Part shown: piece after piece, positions 50,741 through 64,000 of the stretch
How the letters are laid out: each line of letters opens with the position of its first letter
Numbering within the stretch: position 1 is the first letter of the stretch
Origin: Raillietiella orientalis
Taxonomy: Eukaryota
Reading direction: 5' to 3'
NCBI GenBank assembly: GCA_036172245.1
Contig: JAYWIR010000004.1
Coordinates: 4,030,001 to 4,094,000 of the forward strand
Length of the DNA: 64,000 nucleotides
Made by a program: the position numbers and the translations under genes
The notes under the pieces: generated by a model
Told to the model about the DNA's origin: nothing
Databases searched by the model: none
The model's input: the letters and a program-made list of their open reading frames with translations, nothing else

Positions 50741-53700
50741 ATGCGTGGCCTATCGGGAAATAACAAGGGATCTCGAGAACACTGCAAAAGGAACCGGGAA
50801 AAGCGATCCTTGTTTTTCCTTTTTTTTTTTCCTTGGAATAGGATGCGAACGAGATAGGGTCTGCTGATCACCTAGCAGATATAATCAGGATGGAGCCCAA
50901 TCAGCTGCACTTACTGTTTTGTACGAAAATCGCAACCCATGACACACCCACACGTGCGGCTCCTGGACGGTTATCAAGATAACAAGTACACTTTGTGCAT
51001 TTCTTGCCCTTAGATGAATCTGGTTTGTGCTGCTTGCGTTTCAGGGATTGTTTGCCAGACACTTGGTGAATAACACGAAGAGTCCACCAAGTGGTCGAAA
51101 GACAAGAAAGGCTTTGCACGGTGCACCACGAGGCAGAAGGCGGCGACGACGTGCAAGAGTAAGGAACGGAAGTTACAGGAACTTGCTTTGAGAGCAAGGG
51201 ATGGAGGGAGCACTCCTAGCTGCAAACCCGTGGAGTCGCGCTGCACATGTGCGAAAAGTGTTAAGGGTTGTCGCAGCGCCGAGAGGTTCAAGGAGCTCGA
51301 CGAAACGGTCGTCAGCCAAGAGCCAGTGAAAACAAATCCTGAATACGGAACATTTTGAAACGAAATTCTCAACTTGGTCAAAAGCACGTGCGGATAGGGA
51401 ATAATTTTTGTATGATCAGATAAGGCTCCAGAAGTAAAAAGAGAAATGAAAGCAGCTAAAAATAGTATTCAGATTGCGAGCTCAGCTGGAACGTCTGAGA
51501 TCATTTCAATGTGGAGTGATACGAAACGAGAGTCCACTTGTACGTGTGATTGTACGCTCAAGCACGAAGCCTTCACCGGATAGGTCGCTTTTGCTTGTTT
51601 CTCCAAATATTCGCTTAAAAAGAAAAAAGCGAAAGAACAAAAAAAAAAAAAAAAAAAAAAAAAACGGGGCAGATTGAAAACGGTAGCTAGCAAACTGGAA
51701 AGAAATCGATTTCTTCATCGGCCCGTTCGTTGTGGGGGGCAACAGCATTCAAACTCCTTTCTGAACTGGAAAAAATCCGGTCGGCGCCGCAAAGTACCAG
51801 AATTAGCTTGCCATCATTCGAGGTGGCCACAGGGCAGGAACGACTCGCAACAGAACTATTAAGCGGCTATGGGACTTGCTAGTCAGTACGGAAGAATTCT
51901 CAAGTCCCTACATCCTCCTCACAAGAAATTCTCAAGCTCCTACATACACACACTTGGGAGGAAGCAAGAGTAAGGAGGGCTGAAGGGTTCTTTTCCATAC
52001 AAAGGGACAAGCCGGTGCTTGGATGGCGTTTACCTTTATAAGAGATGCTTTCGTGTAGGGAGGACAGTTTGCTGTTTTTGCCATGTGATTGTGAATAATG
52101 TTTCAAGTGAATTGCACGCACAGAGCCAGCTTGTGACTAATCACCAGCGATTTGCAAGTTGATTGCATCTTCATCCTACTTCTGTTTAGGTTTTTGGTAT
52201 TCATCTCTTTTTTTCACGTTTCCTTATCGATTTATTCAGTTTGAGATGGTCAGTGTAGGCGTTTTCCCACTTGCTTTATTGAAATTTCTAATTACTTAAT
52301 ATAGCCGTACGTGTCACCTTTTTTTTTTTTTGGCTCCTTTTCTGTATTCCTTGGTTTTCTCGTCACTTTAGTATTTTCATTTCTTGGGCAAATGTTGGCG
52401 CGGATGATCCTCAGATCGCAAGAACACTTTAAGCAGATTATTTATCTTCCATTAGATTGTAATGAGTGGTAAAACAGGTCGCCTTTTCCACCACAGAATT
52501 ACGGCCGTCAAAGTTCAGTTCTTAGAGTTAGTATTTAGCACGTCACGATATATTCAGTGCAATTCGGGTTTTATCGAAACTTCAAGATGGTGTCTGATGT
52601 ACAGCGAACACGAGCAAATACCGAAATAAAATGTAAATCTGAATGAATGCGGTGCGGATGATGAGAAAAAGAAAAAAAAAATCGAAAGAATCAGCCTTCA
52701 ATACGAGTCACTTTATCATAAGATTCATTGAAGACACTTTACAAGAGTACACTTACCTTTTGACTGTGATTCTAAGCAATGGTCGAGTCGGGGACGTGAT
52801 CCATGGTAGTTCTACTTCCTTCGCTAAGGTACATTTTTTGCAGTACAGTGTATTACCATTATTGGTCACTCGCATGTTTAGCCACACTAATTATACTTAC
52901 TGCTGCGCTTGCAGAATGCATAATGCAGAAGAGCAGTCAAACAGTTCTGCCCTGCATATTACATGAGATCATCGATTGTTGCTATCCGACAAGAGGCTCT
53001 AAGGGATTGATGGACCGATTATGGTTCTCATATTGGGAAGATTATTTAAACATCCTTCGATGTGATGTGAAACAGACTCAACAGGCCAAGCGCAGTTCCT
53101 GGGTTCCGCCGTTTCTTTCGAGTAAACTGGACGACGCATGCAAAATGCTGCACATCTCGTGTATTCTGATCCGTGTCACACTCTTAGAGATTCTGAGCTC
53201 TTCGCATAACTCTCATGCGTGTGTGTGTGCGTGCATGCGTGCGTGTGTTTTCAGTGTACAGTTCTGTCATTCTGTTCGTTGACGTTCAACCATGCATCTC
53301 CGAGGACATATCCGGAAGAGCGTGCGTGCTGGGACACGCAAGCAGTCTGTGGATGTTAAACGTTCAAGGAAAACGGAAGATGTCTCGTAGAGAACGACAA
53401 CATGTGATTTTATTTTGGATTCTGCTCCCTATGCAATTTGCAGCTCCGTTCGAAAGCGAACAAAAATTTCTGCCGGTTCGTGATGCTCATCACCATCTCA
53501 GTTGCCGCAAGTCAGAACCACTGGAACCTTAAGGCATCCACTGGCAGCTTTTAATTCGGAAGCGCGTCAGCACGATGGGAAAAAAATCGAATTCTGCTAT
53601 CGGCAAACGTGAGAATGTTCGTAATTTCAAAGTAGCATCGACATTTTTACGATAATCTTTCGCCACGGTAACGCAGTAAGAAAATGGAGAATGCTAAACA

Positions 53701-56700
53701 AACATCCGAAGGAACGAAAAGGTATCGTGATGAGTCAGCTGCAGAGTTTTCCTTGGATAGAAGTTTCAGTTCGTTCAATTAGAAATGGGATTACTCAAGA
53801 AACAACGGATGTTTCAGCCCAGAAGCGCACAAACAGCGGCCCACATTTCCGAGCTGTAAAGTTAATGAGGCATTGTCAAAGTAGGAGCACAAATTTTATA
53901 TCTGTGGGTGGCATCTGGAAACGAAACGGTAATCATGTGGACAAGGGATAAACCAGTGATAACGAATCTTCGGCATTTGATGTGACCTTTTGAGTGTGGT
54001 GGTTTTAAAATGACAATGCTCAAACGTCACTCATTAAGAATATCCCCCCCCCCCCCCTTCTACGATAGCAATATGCAGGACGCTCGACCCAGTCCTCAGC
54101 AAACGCCATTCCAACTCTCCAAGGGAATTCTTTCTATTTCTAAAGCATGAAAACGAGATGTTCAATCTAATTAGAGAGAGACAGGACAAACGTGCCAGTC
54201 GGTAGGGAACGCAGGAAGATTCGATTCGGAGGACATGTTCGGGAGCTACAAGCAGTTGATTTACCAGGGATTCTGCGATTCCGGCCTGCTTTCAAATGAA
54301 CCGTGCAACATGCGAGCCCTAGCATGGACTTGCAGCTGAGGATGCAAATGATTCGGTATGGAACAGTGCCTCGAGCGATGGCTCAGTTTGGTGTTTTCCC
54401 TCCAGTGGAGTAGTGACTATGCCGGAGAAAACTTGGCTTCCTTTTCAGTGGTTTGGAGACCTACACAGAACATCCCTCACCGCTTGCTGCAAAGTTCCAT
54501 GCGTCTGAGAGAATCAGTTTGCTGCTGAAACGATAGTTCACGAGAAAGGGCTGTTGAAAAATCGGAAGAGTAATTGATCCCGAACACCTAATGAGCAAGC
54601 ATCGAACCTATTCGTGAAGTGCTTTTGTCAATAGTTCTCCAGAAAAAAAGTAAAAGACAAAGCACGAGCTGCAAATGGTTGATTCACAAATCCATGAAGC
54701 TTTCCATCTGTACCCTCGTCTGGAGGAATATGAAGGTTCAGCGGTTCGGAAAGTTTTCAAGTAACTATTGGCTACAAGGAGGAAGCCTTCTGAGTTGTGC
54801 TACAATTGTAGATCTTGGACAACAGCATTCAAAAACCGCCTCTTCACTGATGAGGAAATTCCGCTCTTGCCTAGAGCTGCTGACACAGAATCTGGTCTTT
54901 CGAAAAACGAAAGGTCCGAGGCAGGAACGAAATTTGCGGAGATGGGAATGTGATGCGACCTTTTTCAAGATAAGATTATTGGGACGTTGTTTTTTATGGA
55001 TCGGATCATCGCAAGCTCAAGTATTTAGAGCTCACACAGGCGATCTTTGGTTTCTCGACCTTAAGATTCAGCAAGTTCTTTTTCCTCGGAAAAAGGCGTT
55101 CCTCTTCAGTTACATAGGTTTGCTGATAACTGGATATCAGGAAGATGGATCAGCAGATGAGGTTCCTTTTCCTCGTTTCTCCGCTTTCTCAAAAACTCCG
55201 ATTGTCCAGTGAAATCATCTCGAAAATAAAGCCACAGTGAACAGCAGCAGCTCCGAAAGAAACAATTCCTATGAGCGAAAGATTTTAGCAAGAAAGTGGA
55301 AGGAGTAGCTGGAGTAGTACTTGGTATTTTTCCCTTCGAAGTGCATTCATGAATTAGGCAATTTTAAGTGCATCTCACAATGTTAAACGACTGCCGCTTT
55401 CCGTCATCAGTTGGCTGCAAGTGCTTGAGTGATCTGTGGACTATGTGTGTGCACACTCAGGATGTTGCACACTGGAAGCAATACGTTGCACGTGGTCCTA
55501 GGAACGTTTTGTCACTGTTTGCAGGAATTCGTTAGCAAAACATAACCGAGGTTCGAAAATAAGCGACAGTAATCAAGACACATACTTTTGACAAGTGCAG
55601 ACGAGGAAGAATGGAGTATAATAAAGAAGCAGACAGCACAAAGAGGTGGTTAGCCGTTCAGGAATGAAGCATTTCGAAAACGCTCAAGTGGATCCACTTA
55701 AAAACTTATACCTATCTTACCTTTTCTCAGGAAGCAGAATTTCTGACAAGTTATGGGCACAGTGACCTGCAAGTGAGGAAAAAATTAACGGCATTCGGAT
55801 GGAATTTTCTACCACAGCAAAATAGGTGTTCTTGGAACAGCTTGGAGTGGATAAAAAAAAAAAAAAAATCTAGACCACGATCACGAACAGTAAGAGAAGG
55901 CAGCATGCTTATGGACGTGCTCGTTTCCATACTTGGGACAAGCTGAGATGGAAAATCAGAAAGTGAAACACCTGGAGGATCTAAAGAACGTACGAATGCA
56001 AGAAAAGAAAAGAGCACAAGCGAGCTTCTAACATTTTCAATTTGGAGACCTGGTGGTATGGCTGGCATTCGTGGGAGCTTCAGGTCCTCTGAAGATGCCA
56101 ACTGCGCCAACAGAAATACGTCATTCACTTCGCGTTTGATTCGAAAGGAAAACGTGACCATGCGAAGAAATAAAGAGGGAATTTTCCTGGATGCCGATCG
56201 CTTGCATGAAGCATTTTGCTAAGGAAACAGTACTCATTCTTCATAATTATTGACGGCTGGTCTGCACTTATCTTGAATGAATGCGGATGGGATTTAACAA
56301 ATGCTTGCAGTACGGTAGCCGTGATCATTAACAGAGCAGAGAGACAAATGCTTTGACGAGAACGCTTGCAGCTACTGGACTTGAGAAATCAAAGAAAAAT
56401 GGCGAAATTCTCCCTCAGATCAAAGTTGGGGGTATCGCTACGGTTGGATTATTGTGGCGATCAACAAATATAAGAAGATCATCGATAACATAGAACGGAG
56501 ATGTTCTTTGGTCAAGAAGAGGAACGTCTCTTTCAGAAAAAAATACTTTTGAAAAGTGATCGCAGCCACCGTGCTCCAGAAGAAGCACTGCACTCACTAA
56601 TTATTACGGTGGACGCTTGAAACAACGTCTTGAAGTAGTGAATCGTATCAGATGGATGGTTTCTTTATTCATGCACCATTGGAATCGTAGATGGACCGAT

Positions 56701-59379
56701 GCATTTGAAAAGGGTGGTTTCCTTTGATCCAAAAATACTCCATTGATTTCTTGTACCTCTTTTGATGTGCATAGAGCAAGCAAAAGATTATAGACACATC
56801 TAATGGAATTCTTGTGTATATTTGCAATTCTCTTTTTTAACCTCCACAGCGAGAGTCCTTTTGAATGAAGGAGAAGGATTTCACATACTAAATAACGATG
56901 GTAACTTATTTTCAACTCCATTTATCATCTCACTATTGGGTCATCATTTTAACTTAGAAAAATTTCCATTTATTTATATTCTGCATTCATAGTGCATACT
57001 TACTAGAAAAAGATCTGAAATTTGGCTTTTTTTCTTTCTTTAAGAATTCTATGCACATCGTTAAAGGATACAAATGAATTCAAAATGTTGACAATTTGTT
57101 TTATTTCTTCACAAATGCTTCATTTAATCGCTTTAGAATTCTATTTGTTTGGTTTATCGGCTTTTCCCCAAGCAACCTAAAAATTCGGTCCAGTTTATTC
57201 AACTTCCAGTTTTACATATCACCATGGCCCAGTAGCTGTTTTCCATAACCGAGTCCTTTTAGTCCATCCGAGAAGCATGCCTCTCTCAATAACTATAAAT
57301 ATATATATATCTCCTTTTATGTTTAGTATGTACTGAATCTTTTGCTTCGTTTGATTTTTGGTACACATTCCCAGAAGATATGGTACATGGCTGGTGATCT
57401 TCATTATCGCTTTCTATCCAAATAATTATCTTATCACTCATTGATATCCAACGTGCTTTATTTGGATTGCCCCAAACTTATCAATATTTTTGTCCTCTTC
57501 ATTTGAGTGAGAAATTCTCATCACTGATGATCAATCCCTATTTTCTACCTATTTCTTTCCTTTTTCTATCATCATTTTTTACCGTTTTGAGGCAATTAAC
57601 CATCTCTCCACAACTCAACTCTGTTCTCTTTATTTGTTCAATTTCTCGACTTACCTCCTCTTCGCTGTTGTCAGCTTTTTAAAAATCCACGCTGAATCGT
57701 GATCTGTAACTGCTTTGATCTCTTGAATGATTACGATGAAGCCTTTTTAGCACATATGAGTTTTTTAAATCTTCGGAAGGTCCTTTTCTCCACATCCTCC
57801 GATGTGTGAAACATCCAGGATCATATATGTTTCATAACTGCCGTGTATACATTCATTAGGAAACAAGTAGTATCCTTTCAAGAATTGGGGCGAATTACCT
57901 TAGTAGAGGATGTATATTTTCACACCCATGGCACATTGTATCCCTCATCTTGTGCATCCTATCCTTCAGGTAGCATGGAATAAGACCGACCCTTGTTCTA
58001 CTGCTCTCTAAACCCCTCTTCCTAGGATACATTAATGATGGCCTTACTATGGCTCCCAACATGATTACTGGTTCCACTTTATAGTAAACTTGACAGTAAA
58101 TTTGTTTCTTAATTACAAACTCATTCCTATTTATAACGTTCATTACCAAATAATCTTGAAGTGGAGGTGTAGTGGATTTCAGTCCACTACACCACCTTAC
58201 GATTCTTATCACGCGGAGGCCATCTTGTTGCTGCCCCCTTTTGGAACTTTACCCTTGACAATTTTCATGAGAAGATCAGCAACCTTCAACCCGTCCCGGC
58301 ACCAATATTAATTGCTATAGCGTCCCAATCAGAAAAAGAGACCTTGACCTTTGATCTTTCGTAACAAGGAAGTCCCGTACAACTCTAATACAGAAATGAA
58401 TCTAAATCCCTGGAATTCAAACTCAAATCAGGATGGGTATGGTTGTCCGGGTGAAGAGATGAACTTTGATTTCTCTTTTCCTACTGATGTTTAATTTCCA
58501 TTTTAATTTTCACTCCTTGCTGGAAATCCCACTGGACCGTAGAGGACATTCAGGTCTCAGGATAAAGAAAAATTCCCATTCCATGCCATCCTCCACCGAA
58601 CGAGGCACTTTCGGTTTTTCTTTCATCGTCAGGCTCAGGTAGCATCCCATAACCCATACATCTAGCTTACTTCTACTTTTACAACGCCACGCCTCTAATC
58701 TTCTGAACTTGAAACAGGTTTCCACCTGAATACCAAAATACTCTTTACTCGATATAATCTTTGATGCATGCCACTGATTCAACAGCTAATCCTTACACTA
58801 CCTCAGAAGAGCCAGATACCACAGTCAAGAATAATAAGCAGCTGCTATCTCATATCAGTCATTGGAACATGCCTTTGTTAAGTATTCATTAACCAATTAT
58901 AGATGCCAATCACTCGGTCTGATCTGTAATCTCTGCTTTCATGATTCAGTGTCTCATCGTTAGAAGATCTTACCGTTTTTTCCCGCTAGTCCAGCTACAT
59001 TTTCATGATAATTAAAAAAAATCATTTCTCATAATGTCGTCTATTTCTAATTTTACCATAAATTTTTTATATCATCTGCTTTAAGAGCTGTGCTACCCCT
59101 ACCGTCGGAGTAACCAGAAGTACCTACTCATCAGCATAATGGCTCTGTACGAGATCCGTTGGAATGAAGCTTGCTTGGCGCCAATCGCATCCAGGCTGAG
59201 AACTCCTGAGTGCCTCGCATCCGTCAAAGAGAATTTACCACGAACGCTACCCCTCTAATCATCTGTTCTTTTCCAGTTCTTTCCCACCTCCACAATACGA
59301 TCTCATGGTTGGGCACAGAAGCAACAACGATGTATCATGTTCTTACTGTCTTTTCGTGCTTCAGCAACTCTCTGCATCC

Positions 59380-59620
59380 TCAGATGTATTTGGGAACCGA
59401 CTGTGCGGAAATGAGAATCACACAGGAAGAAATCGAGTGGCCCCCAGCGCTGAAGAACAATCGGGCCCTCCCCCTGAAATGGCAGGAGTCGGCACTTCTG
59501 CCGCTGCACTGGGGTCTCCCGTGCAACGCCCACCGGTCTCACTGGATCCTGGGGGCTGTGGACCCAAACTGTTGCAGGTGCGGGGAACGGGAATCCCTCC
59601 CACACCTGCTTGTAGACTGT
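59380..59620 (+). mobile_element. Non-LTR retrotransposon C-terminal CCHC (zf-RVT-like) fragment
   Basis: LHWGLPCNAHRSHWILGAVDPNCCRCGERESLPHLLVDC fits the LH..LP...C..C....E...HL...C pattern. Confidence 0.55.
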
Positions 59621-60299
59621 GCTTGCTGCCCTCCGTCCCCTGTGGTTGCCTTACGCAACGGCCCTTGGGGCACGAAAGAACAACCGCAGAAACGTATTGA
59701 AGCGCCTCTTCGTGAGCGATGCCCTTTCGCCTGCCCCATCTCTAGCAGTTCTTTGCTGCCTACGAGGGATTGTGGCAGGCTGGAGCTACGCGAGAGGAGG
59801 ATGGCGTGATAGGGACGCCATCTGCTTCGGTCTGTGCTTCATGAGGACGGTAGCAAGATGGCCCCACCTGGGACATACTCAGAAGGAACTTGCTGGCATC
59901 CTGGAAAGGATACAGAGGACACTCTCCAGCACCCGGTGATCCTTTCCTTAATCCTCTCAATTTTTGCATACACTGTTTTTTTTTTTTTTGTTCGCTCTCT
60001 TCCCCTCCGCTGTCGAGGCGAACCTTGCTGGCCTGCATGCCGGTTACTCGGCAGGTTCCGAGCATTTTCGGACAAGGTAGGACCGATGGCCCTACACGTA
60101 TGTTTATTTTTTTATAATAAACGTCCCAGCGTGACGGGGTGATAAACCAAGACGTCACTCGACCGAGGGAGTCCTTCGCCCGGAGACGAGGAATGGCGGC
60201 TTCACCAACTCGCCCTTCTTGCTGCCATCCAGGAGTTTCTCCACTCCTGCAATTCTGCAGGAGAACGCCCACCCTGCCGGTTGGCTGCTTTCATCGTTT

Positions 60300-61750
60300 G
60301 CCCTGAGGGTAGACAGTGCTGCGATAAGGGGTGCAACGGCTTTCCGGAACCACTACGTTTAGTTCAGAAGATCTTCCAGCTGCTCGCACAGGAGTTTCCG
60401 CAGCGGACACAGGTCCTCTGGACGCACTTCCAAAGTGGCAATCTAGGACTCCAGTGCCTCCTGCCACCAGGCGTTCCAGTTTTGGGGGCGGCAGTAGAAT
60501 TGGTAGCACAGGTGAGCTACCAGAAGTGAGAACAGATGCCTCAGGAAGTAGCTAAATCCAGTCATCCCTTTTCTTTTCAAGCCTTTTCACTACAGGAGGT
60601 CAGGGTATTTAAGGGAGGAGATTGAATGTTCCTGAACAGCAATATAAGACAACTCCTGAAGAAATACTTGAATAACAAGAGGGGCAGCCAAGTACTGCAT
60701 CTATGCTGATCACTCAACGGGATGTCTCTTCCTTCCGAATCTGCCTGACGGGGCTGACCGACGGAGAGCTGTTTTGAGCTATTAATCTTACCGGATCGAG
60801 TACTCACAAGAAACAGTGCAGACGACGGTGAAGATGTGATTGCGTGCATCACCTAATAATGCAGACTTGGGACATCTTGTTAGGACCCAGCGGTGACGTC
60901 AAAAGTACTTCGGCGGTGGGAAGATAAGCGCCTGGAAGACTAAGAGTGCAGTGGCGCTTCGAGGAAAGCAACTCAAAATTGCAATCAGAGATCAAAACTT
61001 TGAACAAGCAAATGAAGAAGAAATTCACTCTTGTTCTGAGCTCGATTCAGAGCAAACCCTAAAAATTTTCAGTGAGTAAAGGAGGGTTTCCCCTCATGGG
61101 AAGCACCTGGACCAAGGAGAGATACTTCCTGCGTGGAGAGCGACATTGAACATCGGCGCATTTCCTGTTCAGCGACGAAAATTCAAGGCCCTTTGGTTGC
61201 AGGTTCATTCATGACGGGCGTTTCAATTTATTACCTGCGCGAACGACGTTGACTGCGTACAGGATCGGCCCCATTTGCAGGGTGCGTGTGGTATGGGAGT
61301 TCTTCAACCGCGTCCTCAACCGTCGTGCCTGAAATTAGAAAATAACCATCGAGAGGTACGTCGAGCTACCATCCCGGAACACGAGGACTGCTCAGGAAAA
61401 GTAAGAAGAGCTGGTGGTTTCCGATCAACCTGTTACCGGGACGCATTCCATGGTGCAACTGGAGTTGGTAGGTACTGCAGAATGATGGCACCTCCTCGGT
61501 ACACGTATCTCTCTACGAGTCTTCTACTGAAGCGCTAGAGGAAGCGAGACGAATGAAGGAGCGCAAGTACGCAGGATTCAACAAAAGAGTATCAGCATCC
61601 GTCAGAAGGATCGTCGTGGTACCTTTGGGATCACGACTCTGGCAACTGACGAAGTGTTAAGACATCTTTTGCTCGCTAAGATCTCGAGTCTCTGTTTCGT
61701 GAAGGCGCAAGCTCCAAGAGATGGACAGAGAGCACCAGAAAGGAAAGAGT
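60300..61750 (+). mobile_element. Heavily decayed copy 3 of the NeSL/Utopia-like family, RT end through RLE endonuclease
   Basis: Collinear with copy 1: ESCFELL (DSCFKL), SGDVKSTSAVGR (GGDVRSLWTVGR), KHLDQG, SAHFLFS...RFIHDGRFNLLP, then YESSTEALEEARRMKERKY and IVVVPLGS (RLE C-terminus). Confidence 0.72.
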
Positions 61751-62790
61751 GCTCCAGTACACGCCACTCTGGGGATATCCACAGAGGGCACAGTTTGGAC
61801 CACCAGCCGAGATTAACAACCCTTCGAGAGACCACAGCCTCTAGTGGAGAGCAAAATGGGCGTCCAGAGAGCGAAGATGGTGGGGAACCCCCTGATCGCT
61901 GGTTGTACCTCGCGGCATATCACTTGTAAAACACAAGCGTGGATAAAATCTTCCGCGCGCCTTGCTTGATGGTGCTGCTGTACTTTCGGACAGGCAGCAG
62001 GGTGTTTTGAAGAGCCTCATGTCGTATCCTCTAGCATCAGAGAGCATTCTACGGTCTACATCATTGCCATTACACAAAAGGTTATTCTACAGGATGTCCT
62101 CCATTCTAGTACGGCCTGACTCTTCTATGTCGAGGGATGAAGCGCTTCGATGATCTTCGAGCTTTCTTGCGGTAATTCGAGAATCCGAATTCACCTCACG
62201 ATGGCTTCTGTCATGACTCTCTTTATTTTTCCAGTGCGAGGGTGTCCACTGCGTGTTTTTCCCATGAAAGACCTTTCGGAATGAACTGAGATGGACCATC
62301 CAATGAGATGAATTCTTTTAATCCTCAGCACACCCCTCAAATGAAAAGTTACAAAGAAAATGAGGCTGCATCGATAAACAGCCATCGCACATGGAGCACT
62401 CAACTGGTGATGCGTAATGTGCACCGTGTGGCAAACACGACAATGTTTCGTACATATCAAACGAGGCATGGGATATGCTGGTCACGCACCGAGTCCGGCC
62501 GAACTAATTACTGCTTGGCCAGCTCGAAAAGATTTTCAATTTCGTGAATGCGGCGATGCTGTCCGAGAAAGTTCGAGGCGAAGATGCTGGGTTTCCCTAG
62601 CTCAGACAGGTGGGGTTGGGGTGGGGTGAGGGGGACGCAACACTTCATACCTCTCCACAGTGTCACACAGAGCTTTTCGTCGGCGACGTGTTTCCATTGG
62701 CGTCCATATCTCTCCGGTGATCACCCACCTCCAAACGGATCCTGTGCCTTCAAAGCCGGAGTGGGTTGTGACGGTAGCAAGCTCACGGCT

Positions 62791-63050
62791 GTTGTCTAGG
62801 AGGTAAAGGATGTGTAGGGAGGGAAATATGATTGATAGAAGGATGAACGAGGGGATAGAAGTTCAAATGAGTTCCATGAGGTGATTGTTGAGTAAGAGGA
62901 GTAATTGGTGTAAGAATTTGATAGGTAGGTAAAGGTGCTGTATAGGCTTATTAAGCAGATGGTGATTAAGATAATTATGATGTAGTCGTGTAGTATAATG
63001 AGATGTTCCATGAGGGGGGAGTATGAGTTTTGGAATATGAGTGGGGTTAT
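62791..63050 (-). pseudogene. cox2: Nuclear mitochondrial insertion (numt): 5' third of cytochrome c oxidase subunit II
   Basis: Invertebrate mitochondrial code gives FQNSYSPLMEHLIMLHDY...[frameshift near 62900]...LMELIW(TGA)TSIPSFILLSIMFPSLHILYLLDN. Strong A/C-rich strand skew unlike the flanks. Confidence 0.9.
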
Positions 63051-64000
63051 TACTAAGTATTATTAGTGGATAGCAAAATGAAAATCTTGTCAAATCATTT
63101 TGTGGAAGCCGACATTTCTCGGGACGCACTCATGCGCATTCGACAGCCACAAAGCACGTGCCCCACCCTTCCTTTTGTGTGCACGTGAGTTTCTTTCCTA
63201 CTCGATCCATTCACCTTTGAGGTGCACATGGAGACATCCGAGCTTGAATTTTTCTTCCTCTAATGTCATGCATGCATGACATATGAGAAGGTACCTCGCA
63301 TCTTATTGCAGATTTGGCTGCAGCAAACGAGTTTACAAGGAGTCAAGATCAGTAGAAGCGTTTCTAAGGCTTTCTACGCAGCTCTGTTCCCCGGGATCGA
63401 CGTGAGAGAAGCAGGGTGCATTCTTCTCATTCCCACTGCATAACTGATCCAAAGCAGCAAAATCGGTGAAGCCTTATTAGCGAATATCAGAGATTCAGTT
63501 TCCCAATCATTTCTTGGACGCGCATGAAGTGGCCTCCGAATCTGACAGAAGTCCTTTCATCCTTGAAGTAAAAAAAAAGGAAAAAGACAAAAAGGATAGA
63601 TGTCTTTCCGCAGGGAGTTAGAGATACAGTTTGTTTCTTGACGTCTCCAAGTTCGCGTAGGTCTGTAGGCACCTCACAACGCAACGGATCCAAAAAGAAA
63701 AGAAAAAAAAAAATCGAAGGGTCACTTCTTGTAGCTTCTTCTCGAAACTGCAGAACGCGATTTTGAGAGTTAGAACCTGCCATGCCAATCCAGTAGTCTT
63801 CAGTCGCGGAGTGCACGCGACGACCCGACAGTGAACGTGCACTATGCACCCCGCAGGCAGAAATCGAGCGATCAGCCGAACTATCTGAATCTGTTGCAGT
63901 CGGGATCGGCCTAGGGATGAAGAACGGATCACGGTTTTTCCTGATGTGCATCGACACTTGTGGAAGCGACCGCATTACGGACATATTCGTGTTTTGACGT

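Noticed and set aside
51673..51880. TRISLPSFEV...ELLSGYG resembling a serpin strand
   Set aside because: A single loose motif with a nearby stop and no other serpin elements.
54000..56600. Several medium ORFs and exon-like blocks
   Set aside because: No recognisable domain and no consistent splice model.
57850..58800. Minus-strand AIVRPSLMY / KEYFGI LINE-like words and an 11-bp hairpin at 58166-58193
   Set aside because: Evidence too thin to call an element; the hairpin only explains the mirrored ORF text.

Overview
Eukaryotic (invertebrate animal, probably arthropod-like) nuclear DNA with very short GT-AG introns (38-60 nt in the conserved genes). Six conserved protein genes could be reconstructed by hand: cytochrome b5 (+), twisted gastrulation (-), DNAAF4/DYX1C1 (-), the main exon of a FAM110 homologue (+), a DUF389 membrane protein (-) and an ANKRD11/12-like protein that appears to lack ankyrin repeats (-). 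The rest is intergenic DNA with three decayed copies of one NeSL/Utopia-like RLE non-LTR retrotransposon family, weaker LINE/gypsy relics, an intact hAT MITE and a cox2 numt. The most unusual structure is at 9.8-16.2 kb: a ~3.2 kb segment between inverted repeats that share a perfectly identical core. It holds the MITE, a candidate orphan secreted glycoprotein gene and a direct-repeat-flanked chimera of a hairpin and a U2 snRNA 5' fragment. A second U2-like fragment sits exactly where the neighbouring Utopia-like element breaks off. All calls come from manual reading and recalled family motifs; no searches were run, and no complete novel system is demonstrated.
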